32,000 nucleotides of DNA from Pyrodictium abyssi (GTDB lineage: Archaea; Thermoproteota; Thermoprotei_A; Sulfolobales; Pyrodictiaceae): the NCBI RefSeq assembly GCF_036323395.1, contig NZ_AP028907.1, positions 390,001 to 422,000 on the forward strand, in the 5' to 3' direction. The notes under the pieces are model-generated. The model saw only the letters and a program-made list of their open reading frames with translations, was not told where the DNA came from and did no database searches. Of the stretch, positions 1 to 9,814 are shown piece by piece. The position numbers and the translations under genes are program-made. Within the stretch, counting starts at the first letter, position 1; every line of letters begins with the position of its first letter.

Positions 1-344
1 CTCTCAAGGGCCTGCAGCTTCTCGCTGAGGGTCTTAGCTGTAGAGAGACGGGGCACTGTATTGGGCATGTCGGCCACCATTGTTATGCCGCTAGCAGCGG
101 CAGCAGCGGTACCACTATGCTCGTCCTCCTTGTAGCTGAGCCCTAGCCCTCTCAAGTGCACGTGAAGGTCTATGAAGCCAGGCGCTACGTAGACGCCCTG
201 GCCCTGGTAGTCGAGCAGGTTCACGGCACTCGGCGGCCTACCAGTTATACCGACTATAACCCCATCCTCAACTACAACGCAGCCCTCCCCGTGGACACCC
301 CGGTAGTCCACCAGGGTCCCACACACTACGGTCTCTGCCCGCAT
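1..344 (-). CDS. pyrC: dihydroorotase, N-terminal part (gene continues past the window start)
   Basis: Not in the ORF track because it runs off the edge. Manual minus-strand translation from ATG at 344 gives MRAETVVCGTLVDYRGVHGEGCVVVEDGVIVGITGRPPSAVNLLDYQGQGVYVAPGFIDLHVHLRGLGLSYKEDEHSGTAAAAASGITMVADMPNTVPRLSTAKTLSEKLQALE, open to position 2. It carries the DLHVHLR metal-binding motif of cyclic amidohydrolases. It sits in the pyr operon and overlaps the pyrK stop by 19 nt. Confidence 0.8.
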   Translation of the reverse strand, partial: MRAETVVCGTLVDYRGVHGEGCVVVEDGVIVGITGRPPSAVNLLDYQGQGVYVAPGFIDLHVHLRGLGLSYKEDEHSGTAAAAASGITMVADMPNTVPRLSTAKTLSEKLQALE

Positions 345-1132
345 TCCGCTTCAACCCAGCAGCCGAGCATAGAGCCAGGGAACACCGGGCCCTCGCGGCA
401 CAGTAGACTAGAGGTACATGGCAGCATGCATGACCCGCAGAACCCCATACCGCAGCGTACGAGGGTCTCAAGGCTCGCGTAGAACCGGTCCAGCAGCCCC
501 TGGTCCCCGGCGAGCTTGTAGAGCGTGCAGAGCATGGCAGGCGGCCCGGCGGCCACAATGGCGTCGAAGCCCGTCAAGTCTATAGTGCTGAGGGCGTCGA
601 CGACCGTCCCCTTGACGCCCCTGCTACCATCGTCAGTCGCAACCACGAGCTTAACGCCTTCGAGGCCATCCAGGTACATCTCTATGGGAGCTAGCTCGCT
701 AACCGTACGCGCGCCATAGACTAGCGTGACCCGGGCACCGCTCCTACTAGCCCACCCGGCAAGGGGTACAAGCGAGGCTATGCCAGTACCGCCGCCCACG
801 AGCAGCACGGCCCCTGCTTTTGGCTTAAAGCCCCGCCCCATGGGGCCTATGATGCCCGCCCTTGCCGGGGGCTGCTCTACTATCATGCGCGTGGTAGAGC
901 CCCGCAGCCTCACAAGGAAGTCAATACGATCCTTTGACGAGTATATCGGTGCCAGCGGTATAGCCTCGGCACCCGGGACCCAGAACATGGCGAACTGTGT
1001 CGGCTCGAACTCGGGCAAGACGCATGTCTGCGGCCTGTAGGAGAGGAGTATGGCTCCCCTGCCACGCCATAGAACACGGTCCAGCCGAAGGCTGCAGTAG
1101 CTGTAGCCCCGCCTCTCTGTAGCGGGTGCCAT
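326..1132 (-). CDS. pyrK: dihydroorotate dehydrogenase electron-transfer subunit (FAD/NAD-binding, 2Fe-2S)
   Basis: 268-aa ORF with a ferredoxin-reductase-like layout (LLVGGGTGIASL nucleotide-binding loop). C-terminal Cys cluster CGMGFCGSCMLPC...C is typical of PyrK. Its start lies 1 nt after the pyrI stop. Confidence 0.85.
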   Translation of the reverse strand: MAPATERRGYSYCSLRLDRVLWRGRGAILLSYRPQTCVLPEFEPTQFAMFWVPGAEAIPLAPIYSSKDRIDFLVRLRGSTTRMIVEQPPARAGIIGPMGRGFKPKAGAVLLVGGGTGIASLVPLAGWASRSGARVTLVYGARTVSELAPIEMYLDGLEGVKLVVATDDGSRGVKGTVVDALSTIDLTGFDAIVAAGPPAMLCTLYKLAGDQGLLDRFYASLETLVRCGMGFCGSCMLPCTSSLLCREGPVFPGSMLGCWVEAECGQRP

Positions 1133-1133
1133 G

Positions 1134-1628
1134 CTATCTCCTCTCTTCGCCTGCCTCCTCGAGCTGTTCTAGTACGTCCTCTTCATCGATTATGGTGCCG
1201 CAGTATGTGCACTGGAGCTGTAGCGGCCGCTCGGCTAGTATCCTAAAGCGTGGCCGTAGAGGCTCCCTGGGCTTACGCGTTATGCAGGTTGGGTTTGTGC
1301 AGGCTACTATTCCCTCGATCACGCTGGGTAGTTTGACCCGCTTCTTCTCTATAACCTGGTAGCCCTTCACGATATTTATGGTTGCCGATGGCGCTATCAG
1401 TGCTATCCGGTTGACCTCCTCGCTGCTGAGATGACGCCCCTCTACCTTCACTATGTCCTTGCGCCCGAGCCGGCGGCTCTCAACGTTCATTACTACGGCG
1501 ACGCGTAGGCCCTCGCGCCCCGTTATCCCTAGTATCCTCAGTACAGCTAGCGCCCGGCCAGCAGGTATGTGGTCTATGACTGTTCCCTCTCTTATCCGGC
1601 GTACCAGTAGCCCCTCGGAGGGAGTCAT
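1134..1628 (-). CDS. pyrI: aspartate carbamoyltransferase regulatory chain
   Basis: From internal ATG at 1628 the ORF reads MTPSEGLLVRRIREGTVIDHIPAG...CTNPTCITR...LQCTYCG (PyrI Zn-domain CxxC pairs). The track ORF 1134..1736 has a 36-aa N-terminal extension that overlaps pyrB and looks non-protein-like. ATG 1628 lies 7 nt after the pyrB stop. Confidence 0.9.
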   Translation of the reverse strand: MTPSEGLLVRRIREGTVIDHIPAGRALAVLRILGITGREGLRVAVVMNVESRRLGRKDIVKVEGRHLSSEEVNRIALIAPSATINIVKGYQVIEKKRVKLPSVIEGIVACTNPTCITRKPREPLRPRFRILAERPLQLQCTYCGTIIDEEDVLEQLEEAGEERR

Positions 1629-1635
1629 TGCGCGG

Positions 1636-2580
1636 CTACACCTCTGCGCCCAGTATGAGCGATAACAGGGCCATGCGTACGGGGACGCCGTTCCGGGCCT
1701 GGAGGAAATACGCGGCGTAGCGGGACGAGTCCACATTGGCGGCTATCTCGTCCACCCTAGGCAGCGGGTGGAGAACACGCAGCTCTGGCTTAGCGCCCCT
1801 CTCCAGTAGCTCTCGTGTCACACGGTAGCTGCCGCGCACCTTCTCGTACTCCCTAGGGTCGGGGAACCGCTCCCGCTGTATACGCGTCACATACAGCACA
1901 TCGAGCTCTCCTAGGACGTCGTCGAGCTTGCTGACCTCCTCGTAGTCTATGCCGGCCTCGTCGAGCCTGGCTCTTACCTCGGGCCTCGCGCGGAGGAGGG
2001 GCGGTGATATGAGGTAGAGCTTCCGTGGCTGGTACAGCGTGAGCGCGAGTATGAAGCTGGAAGCAGCCCGGCCGAAGCGGAGGTCGCCGAGCACCCCGTA
2101 GACGAGGCCGTCTATCGTACCAAAGAGCTCCTTCACGGTGTAGAGGTCGAGCATAGCCTGGGTCGGGTGGTGCTGCTTCCCATCGCCAGCGTTTATGACC
2201 GGCTTCTCAGCCACCTCAGCGGCGTAGAGCGCTGAGCCCTCGTACCGGTGCCGTATCACTATAGCGTCGGCGTAGCCGTCGAGCATCCGGATGGTGTCGG
2301 CGAGGTTCTCTCCCTTCGCGAGGCTGGTAGCCTCCTCGCCCGCGAACCCGATGGTCTCAGCGCCGAGCCTCTTGGCGGCAGTCTCAAAGCTCAGCCTAGT
2401 CCTGGTAGATGGCTCGAAGAAGGCGAGCGCCACTATGCGCCCCTCTAGGAGCCTCGGCACACGGCCCCTCTGCAGCATCTCCTTCATGCGGGCAGCTACG
2501 TCGAATAGCTCCTCGAGATCATCGCGCGTAAAGTCGAGGATGCTTATGGCGTCGCGGCCCTCCCAGTTTCCTCTGGGCAT
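1636..2580 (-). CDS. pyrB: aspartate carbamoyltransferase catalytic chain
   Basis: 314-aa ORF with the STRTR carbamoyl-phosphate motif ([13 protein letters not shown]), the HPTQ motif and the C-terminal HPLPR motif. Confidence 0.95.
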   Translation of the reverse strand: MPRGNWEGRDAISILDFTRDDLEELFDVAARMKEMLQRGRVPRLLEGRIVALAFFEPSTRTRLSFETAAKRLGAETIGFAGEEATSLAKGENLADTIRMLDGYADAIVIRHRYEGSALYAAEVAEKPVINAGDGKQHHPTQAMLDLYTVKELFGTIDGLVYGVLGDLRFGRAASSFILALTLYQPRKLYLISPPLLRARPEVRARLDEAGIDYEEVSKLDDVLGELDVLYVTRIQRERFPDPREYEKVRGSYRVTRELLERGAKPELRVLHPLPRVDEIAANVDSSRYAAYFLQARNGVPVRMALLSLILGAEV

Positions 2581-2586
2581 AGTCTC

Positions 2587-3207
2587 TCAGCCCCACTCCC
2601 CGCCATACAGCTGGTCTATAACCCTCTGAGCGTCCTCCCTCGGCACGAGGCCCTCCTCTACGGCAGCGCGGAGCACGCCGCGAAGCGTGGCTACCCGTAG
2701 AAGCTTTACCCCAGCCTCTGCTAGGCGCTCCCGCGCACCCTGCTCCCTATCAACTATCACGAGCGCGTAGACGGGCTCTGCCCCGGCAGCGCGTAGGGCC
2801 TCTACAGCAACCGCGAGACTGCCCCCAGTGGTAGCCACGTCGTCCACTACGAGTGCGCGTCGCCCTTCGACCAGGCCCTCCACCTGCCTGCCAAGGCCAT
2901 GCTGCTTTCTGCCGCTACGGACGTACGCCATTGGCTTCCCCGTGTAGAGGGCTAGACCCGTAGCCCACGCTATCCCCGCGGTGGCGACGCCGACCACAGT
3001 ATCGTACTCCGCCTCCAGTGTGGTGGCGTGGAGGAGCGTCAACACGGCACGGAACGCGGTAGGATAGCTAGGCAGCCGCCGGAGGTCTATGTACACTGGG
3101 CTCTTGAGGCCACTTGTCAGCGTGAACTCGCCCAGCTGGAGCGCGCCCGTCTCCACGAGCAGTCTGGCCAGAATCCTCTCGGCGGACACAGCTAGCCCCT
3201 CCCACAC
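2587..3207 (-). CDS. pyrE: orotate phosphoribosyltransferase
   Basis: 206-aa ORF with the PRPP-binding motif [13 protein letters not shown] and an N-terminal [18 protein letters not shown] segment. An alternative GTG start at 3189 would remove the 16-nt overlap with pyrF. Confidence 0.9.
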   Translation of the reverse strand: MWEGLAVSAERILARLLVETGALQLGEFTLTSGLKSPVYIDLRRLPSYPTAFRAVLTLLHATTLEAEYDTVVGVATAGIAWATGLALYTGKPMAYVRSGRKQHGLGRQVEGLVEGRRALVVDDVATTGGSLAVAVEALRAAGAEPVYALVIVDREQGARERLAEAGVKLLRVATLRGVLRAAVEEGLVPREDAQRVIDQLYGGEWG

Positions 3208-3872
3208 GAAGCTAGTCTCCGTCTCTGGGCCTCCCTAACGGCCAGCGCGGCTGAACGCGGGTCAGGGCTCGACACTATGAGGCGCCCTACTATCTCGTAG
3301 TCCGCGCCCGCGCAGAGAGCAGCGCCAGGCTCGGCCCCCTGAGCCCCTACACCAGGAGACACTATGGCTACGCGGGGGCCTAGTCTCTCGCGTATACTTG
3401 TTGTCACATGAGGCCTAGTGGCTGGTGCTACGACGCCCCATGGCCCTAGCTCCTCTATGGCGTCGAGTATCAGTGGTAGTGCCTTGTCGTAGACCTCCTC
3501 GGCGCCAGGGTGGCTCATAGACGCTACTACTATCAGCTTCCTGCCCCGGCTTTCTAGGAACTCCTTGAGCTCGCCGAGGGCCCCCTTTACGCCGACGAAG
3601 CCGTGAGCTATCACAGCGTCCACATGGTCCACTACGAGGCTGGTAGTAAGCTTCATCACGTGGCCTATGTCCGCCAGCTTTAGGTCGGCTATCCAGATAC
3701 CCTCGCGGCATCTGCTTCTCAGCTCGGCGGCATACCCCGGGCCGCGGCCCATGAGGAGTGGGAGGCCGAGCTTAAACCCGTCAACGACGCCACAGAGGTC
3801 CTCAACGAGGCCTTCGAAGCCACGGTCGGGAGAGTCCAGCGCGACTATCAGGCCCATAGGGTTGCTGCCCAC
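3192..3872 (-). CDS. pyrF: orotidine 5'-phosphate decarboxylase
   Basis: 226-aa ORF with LIVALD and DLKLADIG motifs. A TATA-like TAAAAATA at 3898-3905 lies 26-33 nt upstream of ATG 3872, consistent with a leaderless mRNA. Confidence 0.9.
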   Translation of the reverse strand: MGSNPMGLIVALDSPDRGFEGLVEDLCGVVDGFKLGLPLLMGRGPGYAAELRSRCREGIWIADLKLADIGHVMKLTTSLVVDHVDAVIAHGFVGVKGALGELKEFLESRGRKLIVVASMSHPGAEEVYDKALPLILDAIEELGPWGVVAPATRPHVTTSIRERLGPRVAIVSPGVGAQGAEPGAALCAGADYEIVGRLIVSSPDPRSAALAVREAQRRRLASCGRG

Positions 3873-3885
3873 GACTACCCTGGCC

Positions 3886-3905
3886 TAGGGCTAGCCCTAA
3901 AAATA
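3886..3905. promoter_or_regulatory. pyrF / PLP-enzyme divergent promoter: 14-bp perfect palindrome abutting a TATA box
   Basis: TAGGGCTAGCCCTA (3886-3899) is a perfect palindrome. It overlaps TAAAAATA (3898-3905) in the 104-nt divergent intergenic region. Confidence 0.45.
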
Positions 3906-3976
3906 GGCATCAGAAGACTTACGAGCTGCAGCGAACAGCCGTAACTGTGAAGACGCGCCAGTAGAGAGAGGGGGAC

Positions 3977-4975
3977 GTGTTGCAGCGAATCCCGGCATAT
4001 GGCAGGCGTGCGTCTAGCCGCGAAGAACTGCTAGCGCTCATAGACAGGATAAGGGGCATTATAGGCTCTACTCCGGTCCGGTGCTTCCAGCTAGGCGGCT
4101 ACAGGCTGTGCGTCAAGCTCGAGTACGTGAACCCTACTGGCAGCCACAAGGACAGGATAGCCCTCTACATGGTACGCGGCGCCATCGAGTCCGGCGTGCT
4201 GGGCCCTGGCGGCTGTGTCGCCGAGGTCAGTAGCGGTAACACAGCCGCCTCAGTAGCATGGATATCGTGGAGCCTAGGCCTACGCCCAGTACTCTTCGTG
4301 GAGTCGCGAGCCTCCGAGACAAAGAAGAGCCTCATAAGGATGCTTGGCGGCGAGATAGTTGAGATACACGATGAGGGACTAGGTAGGGACTGGGTACGCG
4401 AACGCGCAGAGGAACTAGGCTGCGTGCTGCTGGACCAGCTAAGCAACGAGTACAACCACCTAGCCCACTACGAGACCACGGCCGTCGAGCTGCTAAACCA
4501 GGTTAGCCAGGTAGACGCTTTCGTAATGGGCGTGGGCACCGGGGGCACGATAACCGGCGTGGCACGGCGTCTACGCGAGAGCCAGGGCAACGCTCTCGTA
4601 GCAGCTGTTACCCCCCGCGGCTCTAAGCTAGCCGGGGGCCCTGGCGCCGACACCATAGAGGGGCTGACGTCCCACACAGTGCCAGAGGTCTACCAGAGGC
4701 ATAGCAGCCTCATCGACCGGGTAGTCGAGGTCGAGAGCAGCGAAGCCCTAGCAGGTATAGAGGCGCTAGCCTCTGCCACCGGTATACTTGCGGGCCCCTC
4801 CACGGGCGCAGCGTTAGCTGCGGCCTCCAAGCTCGTGGCCGAGGGCGCGCTGGACACCGGCTCCACCGTCGTAATAGTGGCTGCTGACAGCCTGGCACGG
4901 TACCCGCAGCTCTCGTCCCAGCTGCGGCTCGGCAGCGGCCGGGGAGACGTTCTCCTTAATAGCTGGTGGAGCTAG
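3977..4975 (+). CDS. PLP-dependent fold-type II enzyme (cysteine synthase / CBS family)
   Basis: 332-aa ORF with a GTG start. It has the PLP-lysine motif NPTGSHKDR and an SSGNTA loop typical of CysK/CysM-like enzymes. Confidence 0.8.
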   Translation: MLQRIPAYGRRASSREELLALIDRIRGIIGSTPVRCFQLGGYRLCVKLEYVNPTGSHKDRIALYMVRGAIESGVLGPGGCVAEVSSGNTAASVAWISWSLGLRPVLFVESRASETKKSLIRMLGGEIVEIHDEGLGRDWVRERAEELGCVLLDQLSNEYNHLAHYETTAVELLNQVSQVDAFVMGVGTGGTITGVARRLRESQGNALVAAVTPRGSKLAGGPGADTIEGLTSHTVPEVYQRHSSLIDRVVEVESSEALAGIEALASATGILAGPSTGAALAAASKLVAEGALDTGSTVVIVAADSLARYPQLSSQLRLGSGRGDVLLNSWWS

Positions 4976-6619
<1,644 letters not shown>

Positions 6620-6750
6620 CTCGTCTCTGCCGCCTCCCTACATTCTGCTCGTGCTGCTTAGGTGGTCGTGACAGAGTTTTTAGTAGTCATACAGATGCAG
6701 CTTCTCGTAATGGCTGGCAGAGTCTCTCCTCCCGGGGTGTATGAGGCTTT

Positions 6751-7188
6751 ATGCAAGGCCAGCAGAAGCCTAATGTAGACGAAATAGATATGAAGCTTCT
6801 CCGGCTACTCCGCGACAACGCCCGCATGTCGTACGCGCGGCTCGCGCAGGAGCTAGGCCTCAGCGAGTCAGCGGTGAGGAAGCGGATAGCCAAACTGATA
6901 AAGGCCGGTATAATCAAGAAGTTCACCATAATATACGACACTGGTAGCGAGATACGGGCCTTCATCCTCGTGAGGACCCAGCCCCCTGTATCGGTGCCAG
7001 AGGTCTCAAAGAAGATACTCTCGCTAGACCTCGTGGAGGCCGTCTACGAGGTCACCGGCGACTACGATATACTCGTCGTGATAAGGGGCGAGAAGATAGA
7101 CGATGTCAACAAGTGTATAGACTTCATAAGATCGATACCAGGGGTATCAGGAACCAATTCCATGATAGTGCTGCGTCAATGGGTCTAG
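6751..7188 (+). CDS. Lrp/AsnC family transcriptional regulator
   Basis: 145-aa ORF. The N-terminal HTH reads DEIDMKLLRLLRDNARMSYARLAQELGLSESAVRKRI. The C-terminal RAM-like domain contains VTGDYDILV. Confidence 0.9.
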   Translation: MQGQQKPNVDEIDMKLLRLLRDNARMSYARLAQELGLSESAVRKRIAKLIKAGIIKKFTIIYDTGSEIRAFILVRTQPPVSVPEVSKKILSLDLVEAVYEVTGDYDILVVIRGEKIDDVNKCIDFIRSIPGVSGTNSMIVLRQWV

Positions 7189-7401
7189 ATACAGCTATGA
7201 ACGGAAATATAAAAGGTGAATCGAAGCTCGGGTAGAAGCCTAACAGCCTTAACTCTCCCTATAACGGGAACAGCACATCCCAGGAGCCCTACAGCCACCA
7301 GATAGCGCGGCTGGAGCCGCTATGCAGAGCCGCGGCTCCCCTGGGTTGTATCGTTTCCTCTAGACTCGTGGCTACGCCATAGAGCTCCCGGAGAGGAGAC
7401 G

Positions 7402-7767
7402 GTGATACGCTTGCATGGCAACAACTTGGCTCGCAGATACTGGCTCCTCGCGCGTCCAGGCATACTCCGTATACTAGCCATACTCTACGAGCACGGCCCC
7501 ATGCCAATACACAGGATACCACGCTACGGTATAGGAGTAGGCACTACGTATCGTAGCGCGCGGGAAGCCGCAATGCTCGGTCTCATAAACCTCTTCTACT
7601 GTGGAAACAGCAAGTGCGCTAAGCTCACTGAGCAGGGTCTCCGTGTCGCGGAGAAGATAGAGGAGCTCCTAAAGGTACTCGAGGAGCTAAACCTAGTAGA
7701 GCCTCTACAACCCGTGCTCAAGGCAGAAGGAGGCAAAGAGGTTGAAAGCTTCGAGAAACCCGTATAG
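7402..7767 (+). CDS. small winged-helix (ArsR-like) DNA-binding protein, hypothetical
   Basis: 121-aa ORF with a GTG start. A wHTH-like core (ILRILAILYEHGPMPIHRI...) is followed by a helical acidic tail. No specific family recognised. Confidence 0.55.
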   Translation: MIRLHGNNLARRYWLLARPGILRILAILYEHGPMPIHRIPRYGIGVGTTYRSAREAAMLGLINLFYCGNSKCAKLTEQGLRVAEKIEELLKVLEELNLVEPLQPVLKAEGGKEVESFEKPV

Positions 7768-7873
7768 GCTGCTATACAACGTAACGCCTAAACACCGGAT
7801 ACGTGCGTAGCCCTGGAGACCTAGGGGCCGCTGAGGAGCTGTCGCCCACACCGACGCGGTATCGGTGAGGACG

Positions 7874-8374
7874 TCAGCCTGGCCCCGAGGCCTCCCTTGC
7901 TGCGTCCTGTTGCCCTTCATTGCCACAGAATGCGTAGACTACAACCTCGTAGACTCTTGCGCTGCCACCTAAGAGCTTCTCTATCCTCTGCACAACTTCT
8001 CTGGACTCGTCCTCGTCCTCTGCATCAAAGACCTTTCCGGTGTCGAGGCATACTATGTTGATGTGGGGGTGTATGTTGTCATAGCGGGTCTCGCCGGCTA
8101 CATCAAAGCTCTTTATTAGGCCCAGCTTCTCGAGCAGCTGTAAGTTGTTGTACACTGTGCTGGGGCTAACGCTTGGCATGGTCTCGCGTACCTTTTCGAG
8201 TATCTGCATGAAGCTTGGATGCTCCTTAATGTTCTCGAACACTATACGGGCTATCGCCAGTCTCTGGGCTGTGACTCGGAGCCCTTGTCTACGCAGCTCG
8301 GTGACTAGCCGGACTAGTTTCTCCTCTACCTGTTGCTGCCAATCGCGCTGTGCACCCGCCGCTTCATCCGCCAT
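7874..8374 (-). CDS. Fur family metalloregulator
   Basis: 166-aa ORF. It has a Fur-like wHTH (RVTAQRLAIARIV...STVYNNLQLLEKLGLI) and an HPH motif (DNIHPHINIVC). A TATA-like GTATAAA at 8399-8405 lies 25 nt upstream of ATG 8374, suggesting a leaderless mRNA. Confidence 0.8.
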   Translation of the reverse strand: MADEAAGAQRDWQQQVEEKLVRLVTELRRQGLRVTAQRLAIARIVFENIKEHPSFMQILEKVRETMPSVSPSTVYNNLQLLEKLGLIKSFDVAGETRYDNIHPHINIVCLDTGKVFDAEDEDESREVVQRIEKLLGGSARVYEVVVYAFCGNEGQQDAAREASGPG

Positions 8375-8403
8375 GCTATATCACCCCTTTCTCTTACAGT
8401 ATA

Positions 8404-8441
8404 AACCGTAACTGTTTTCAGTTAACAGCGCATCTACGGTT
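8404..8441. promoter_or_regulatory. nested inverted repeats at the Fur-gene promoter (candidate Fur box)
   Basis: The outer repeat is AACCGTA (8404-8410) / TACGGTT (8435-8441). The inner repeat is TAACTG-TTTT-CAGTTA (8409-8424). Both overlap or abut the TATA element of the Fur-like gene. Confidence 0.45.
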
Positions 8442-8509
8442 AATATATGTTACCCCTTCCATAGACTAGCCGGCAGCATGCCCGGGCCAGGGGCCCTAGG
8501 CCCGCAGCT

Positions 8510-8579
8510 AGGGCCTCGGCTAAAGGAATTAACATCATCGCTACATGGCTCCTGCTGGGGAGTAGTCATCATAGGCCCT
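8510..8579 (-). ncRNA. C/D box sRNA (2'-O-methylation guide), predicted 16S rRNA targets
   Basis: The minus strand reads AGGGCC-U-AUGAUGA(C)-CUACUCCCCAGC-AGGA(D')-GCCAUGUAGCG-AUGAUGU(C')-UAAUUCCUUUAG-CCGA(D)-GGCCCU. A 6-bp terminal stem flanks the boxes and both guides are exactly 12 nt. The guides complement the conserved 16S segments CUGGGGAGUA and UUAAAGGAAUUG. A TATA box (minus-sense TATTATA, 8608-8614) lies about 30 nt upstream. The D and D' boxes are non-consensus (consensus CUGA). Confidence 0.55.
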
Positions 8580-8737
8580 GGTGCCTACCTGGTGGCAGCC
8601 TCCCTCCTATAATACTAGCTGCAGAGTCTGGGCAATGGATGTATGAGAGGCACGTGTAGCGTAGCAGCTAGCACTAGAAAGGAGCAGCGGATACGTAGTG
8701 GAATGTGAGGTAAGGGCTTATAGTAGAGTAGTTAGAC

Positions 8738-9625
8738 TTACCGCTGTAGTCCAGCTATGAACTTGAGAATATCGGTCCTCGTTATCATACCCACAACGCT
8801 GCCAGTCGAGTCGACGACTACTAGCCTACCAATATCATGCTTGTTCATCAACTCTATAGCGTGGTTTATGTCGTCAGTCTCTCTCACAGTTATCACGGGG
8901 GTAGACATGAAGTCCCTTACTGACGCGTCAACACGCTCCTCGGCTAGAGCGCGTGTAAGGTCGGTCTGAGTGATTATGCCGACAAGTCTCCCATTCTCGA
9001 CTACCGGTACACCGCGTATCCTCTTCTCGGAGAGGAGCTTAGCTAGCTCAGTTATCGGGGTGTCGGGGGTAGTTGTTATCGGATTACGGGAGGCGGCCTC
9101 CATTACGGGGGCCTTGGGCACGCTTATCATGCGAGTTATCTTGATACTTATCTGGCCACTAGCAGGGTCCACGTGGATGACATCGCCCTCTATCCTCACG
9201 CCAGCGAAGGGCGCGGGCCCGAGCTCTACGTGGTCTCCGGGCCTTACGAACCTCCTAACATCGCCGTGGACACGGAGGATAGCCCTACCGCCCTCCGGGT
9301 TGAGTATGTCCAGAACCTCTATGCCTACCACCGTTATGTCTATCTCCTCGCCGTCCTTGCGTAGCTTGACCGGCATCTGGGTTACAGCGCCCTTCATGAC
9401 CTCGTAGGCCTTGAGCGTGGGCATGTAGCCGCCGCTGGGCCCGGTCTTGGACTCGACGAGGCCGAGGCTCTTGAGGCTAAGGATTATGTTGCGGACCGTG
9501 CCTTCGTCGCGGTTGATGAGCTCTGCTATCTCCTTGCTCTTTATGAGGCGGCGTTTCTGCTCATAGAGTCTGATAAGCGCCTCTAGGACCTCACGCTGGG
9601 ACATTGTGAGCCTGTACTGGGCCAC
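8738..9625 (-). CDS. transcriptional regulator with N-terminal wHTH, central barrel-like domain and C-terminal CBS pair (COG2524-like)
   Basis: 295-aa ORF. The N-terminal wHTH reads SQREVLEALIRLYEQKRRLIKSKEIAELINRDEGTVRNIILSLKSLGLV. The C-terminus has two CBS motifs (...IRGVPVVENGRLVGIITQTDL... and ...IGRLVVVDSTGSVVGMITRTDIL). A TATA (minus-sense CTATAAAAAG, 9683-9692) lies upstream. Confidence 0.8.
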   Translation of the reverse strand: MAQYRLTMSQREVLEALIRLYEQKRRLIKSKEIAELINRDEGTVRNIILSLKSLGLVESKTGPSGGYMPTLKAYEVMKGAVTQMPVKLRKDGEEIDITVVGIEVLDILNPEGGRAILRVHGDVRRFVRPGDHVELGPAPFAGVRIEGDVIHVDPASGQISIKITRMISVPKAPVMEAASRNPITTTPDTPITELAKLLSEKRIRGVPVVENGRLVGIITQTDLTRALAEERVDASVRDFMSTPVITVRETDDINHAIELMNKHDIGRLVVVDSTGSVVGMITRTDILKFIAGLQR

Positions 9626-9814
9626 CCCTAACCCCCCTGCTCACACCTACACATATAGCAACCAGCAATATTAATTACTTTTTATAGGGTAGAACGATTC
9701 TAACCCAGTCTGGCCCAGCCCAAGTGGCGGCAGCCTAGGCCAGGGCCACTCCCATGATAGGGTATTTTTCATCTCTCCACCGAAATATTCTTAGTCGGTA
9801 CAACAGTGTGCTTG

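Noticed and set aside
1629-1736. N-terminal 36-aa extension of the pyrI ORF (track start 1736).
   Set aside because: It overlaps the 3' end of pyrB, is W/R/P-rich, and canonical PyrI begins at the MTPSEGLLV... methionine (1628).
7280-7345. H/ACA box sRNA in the wHTH gene leader.
   Set aside because: The helix / internal loop / helix shape is present. There is no ACA/ANA box 3' of the lower stem on either strand and no recognisable K-turn/K-loop.
8478-8627. 49-aa plus-strand ORF (MPGPGALGPQLG...GVVIIGPGAYLVAASLL) that could encode a small membrane peptide.
   Set aside because: It directly overlaps the much better supported C/D box sRNA and its promoter on the opposite strand. Its N-terminal half is low-complexity Gly/Pro.
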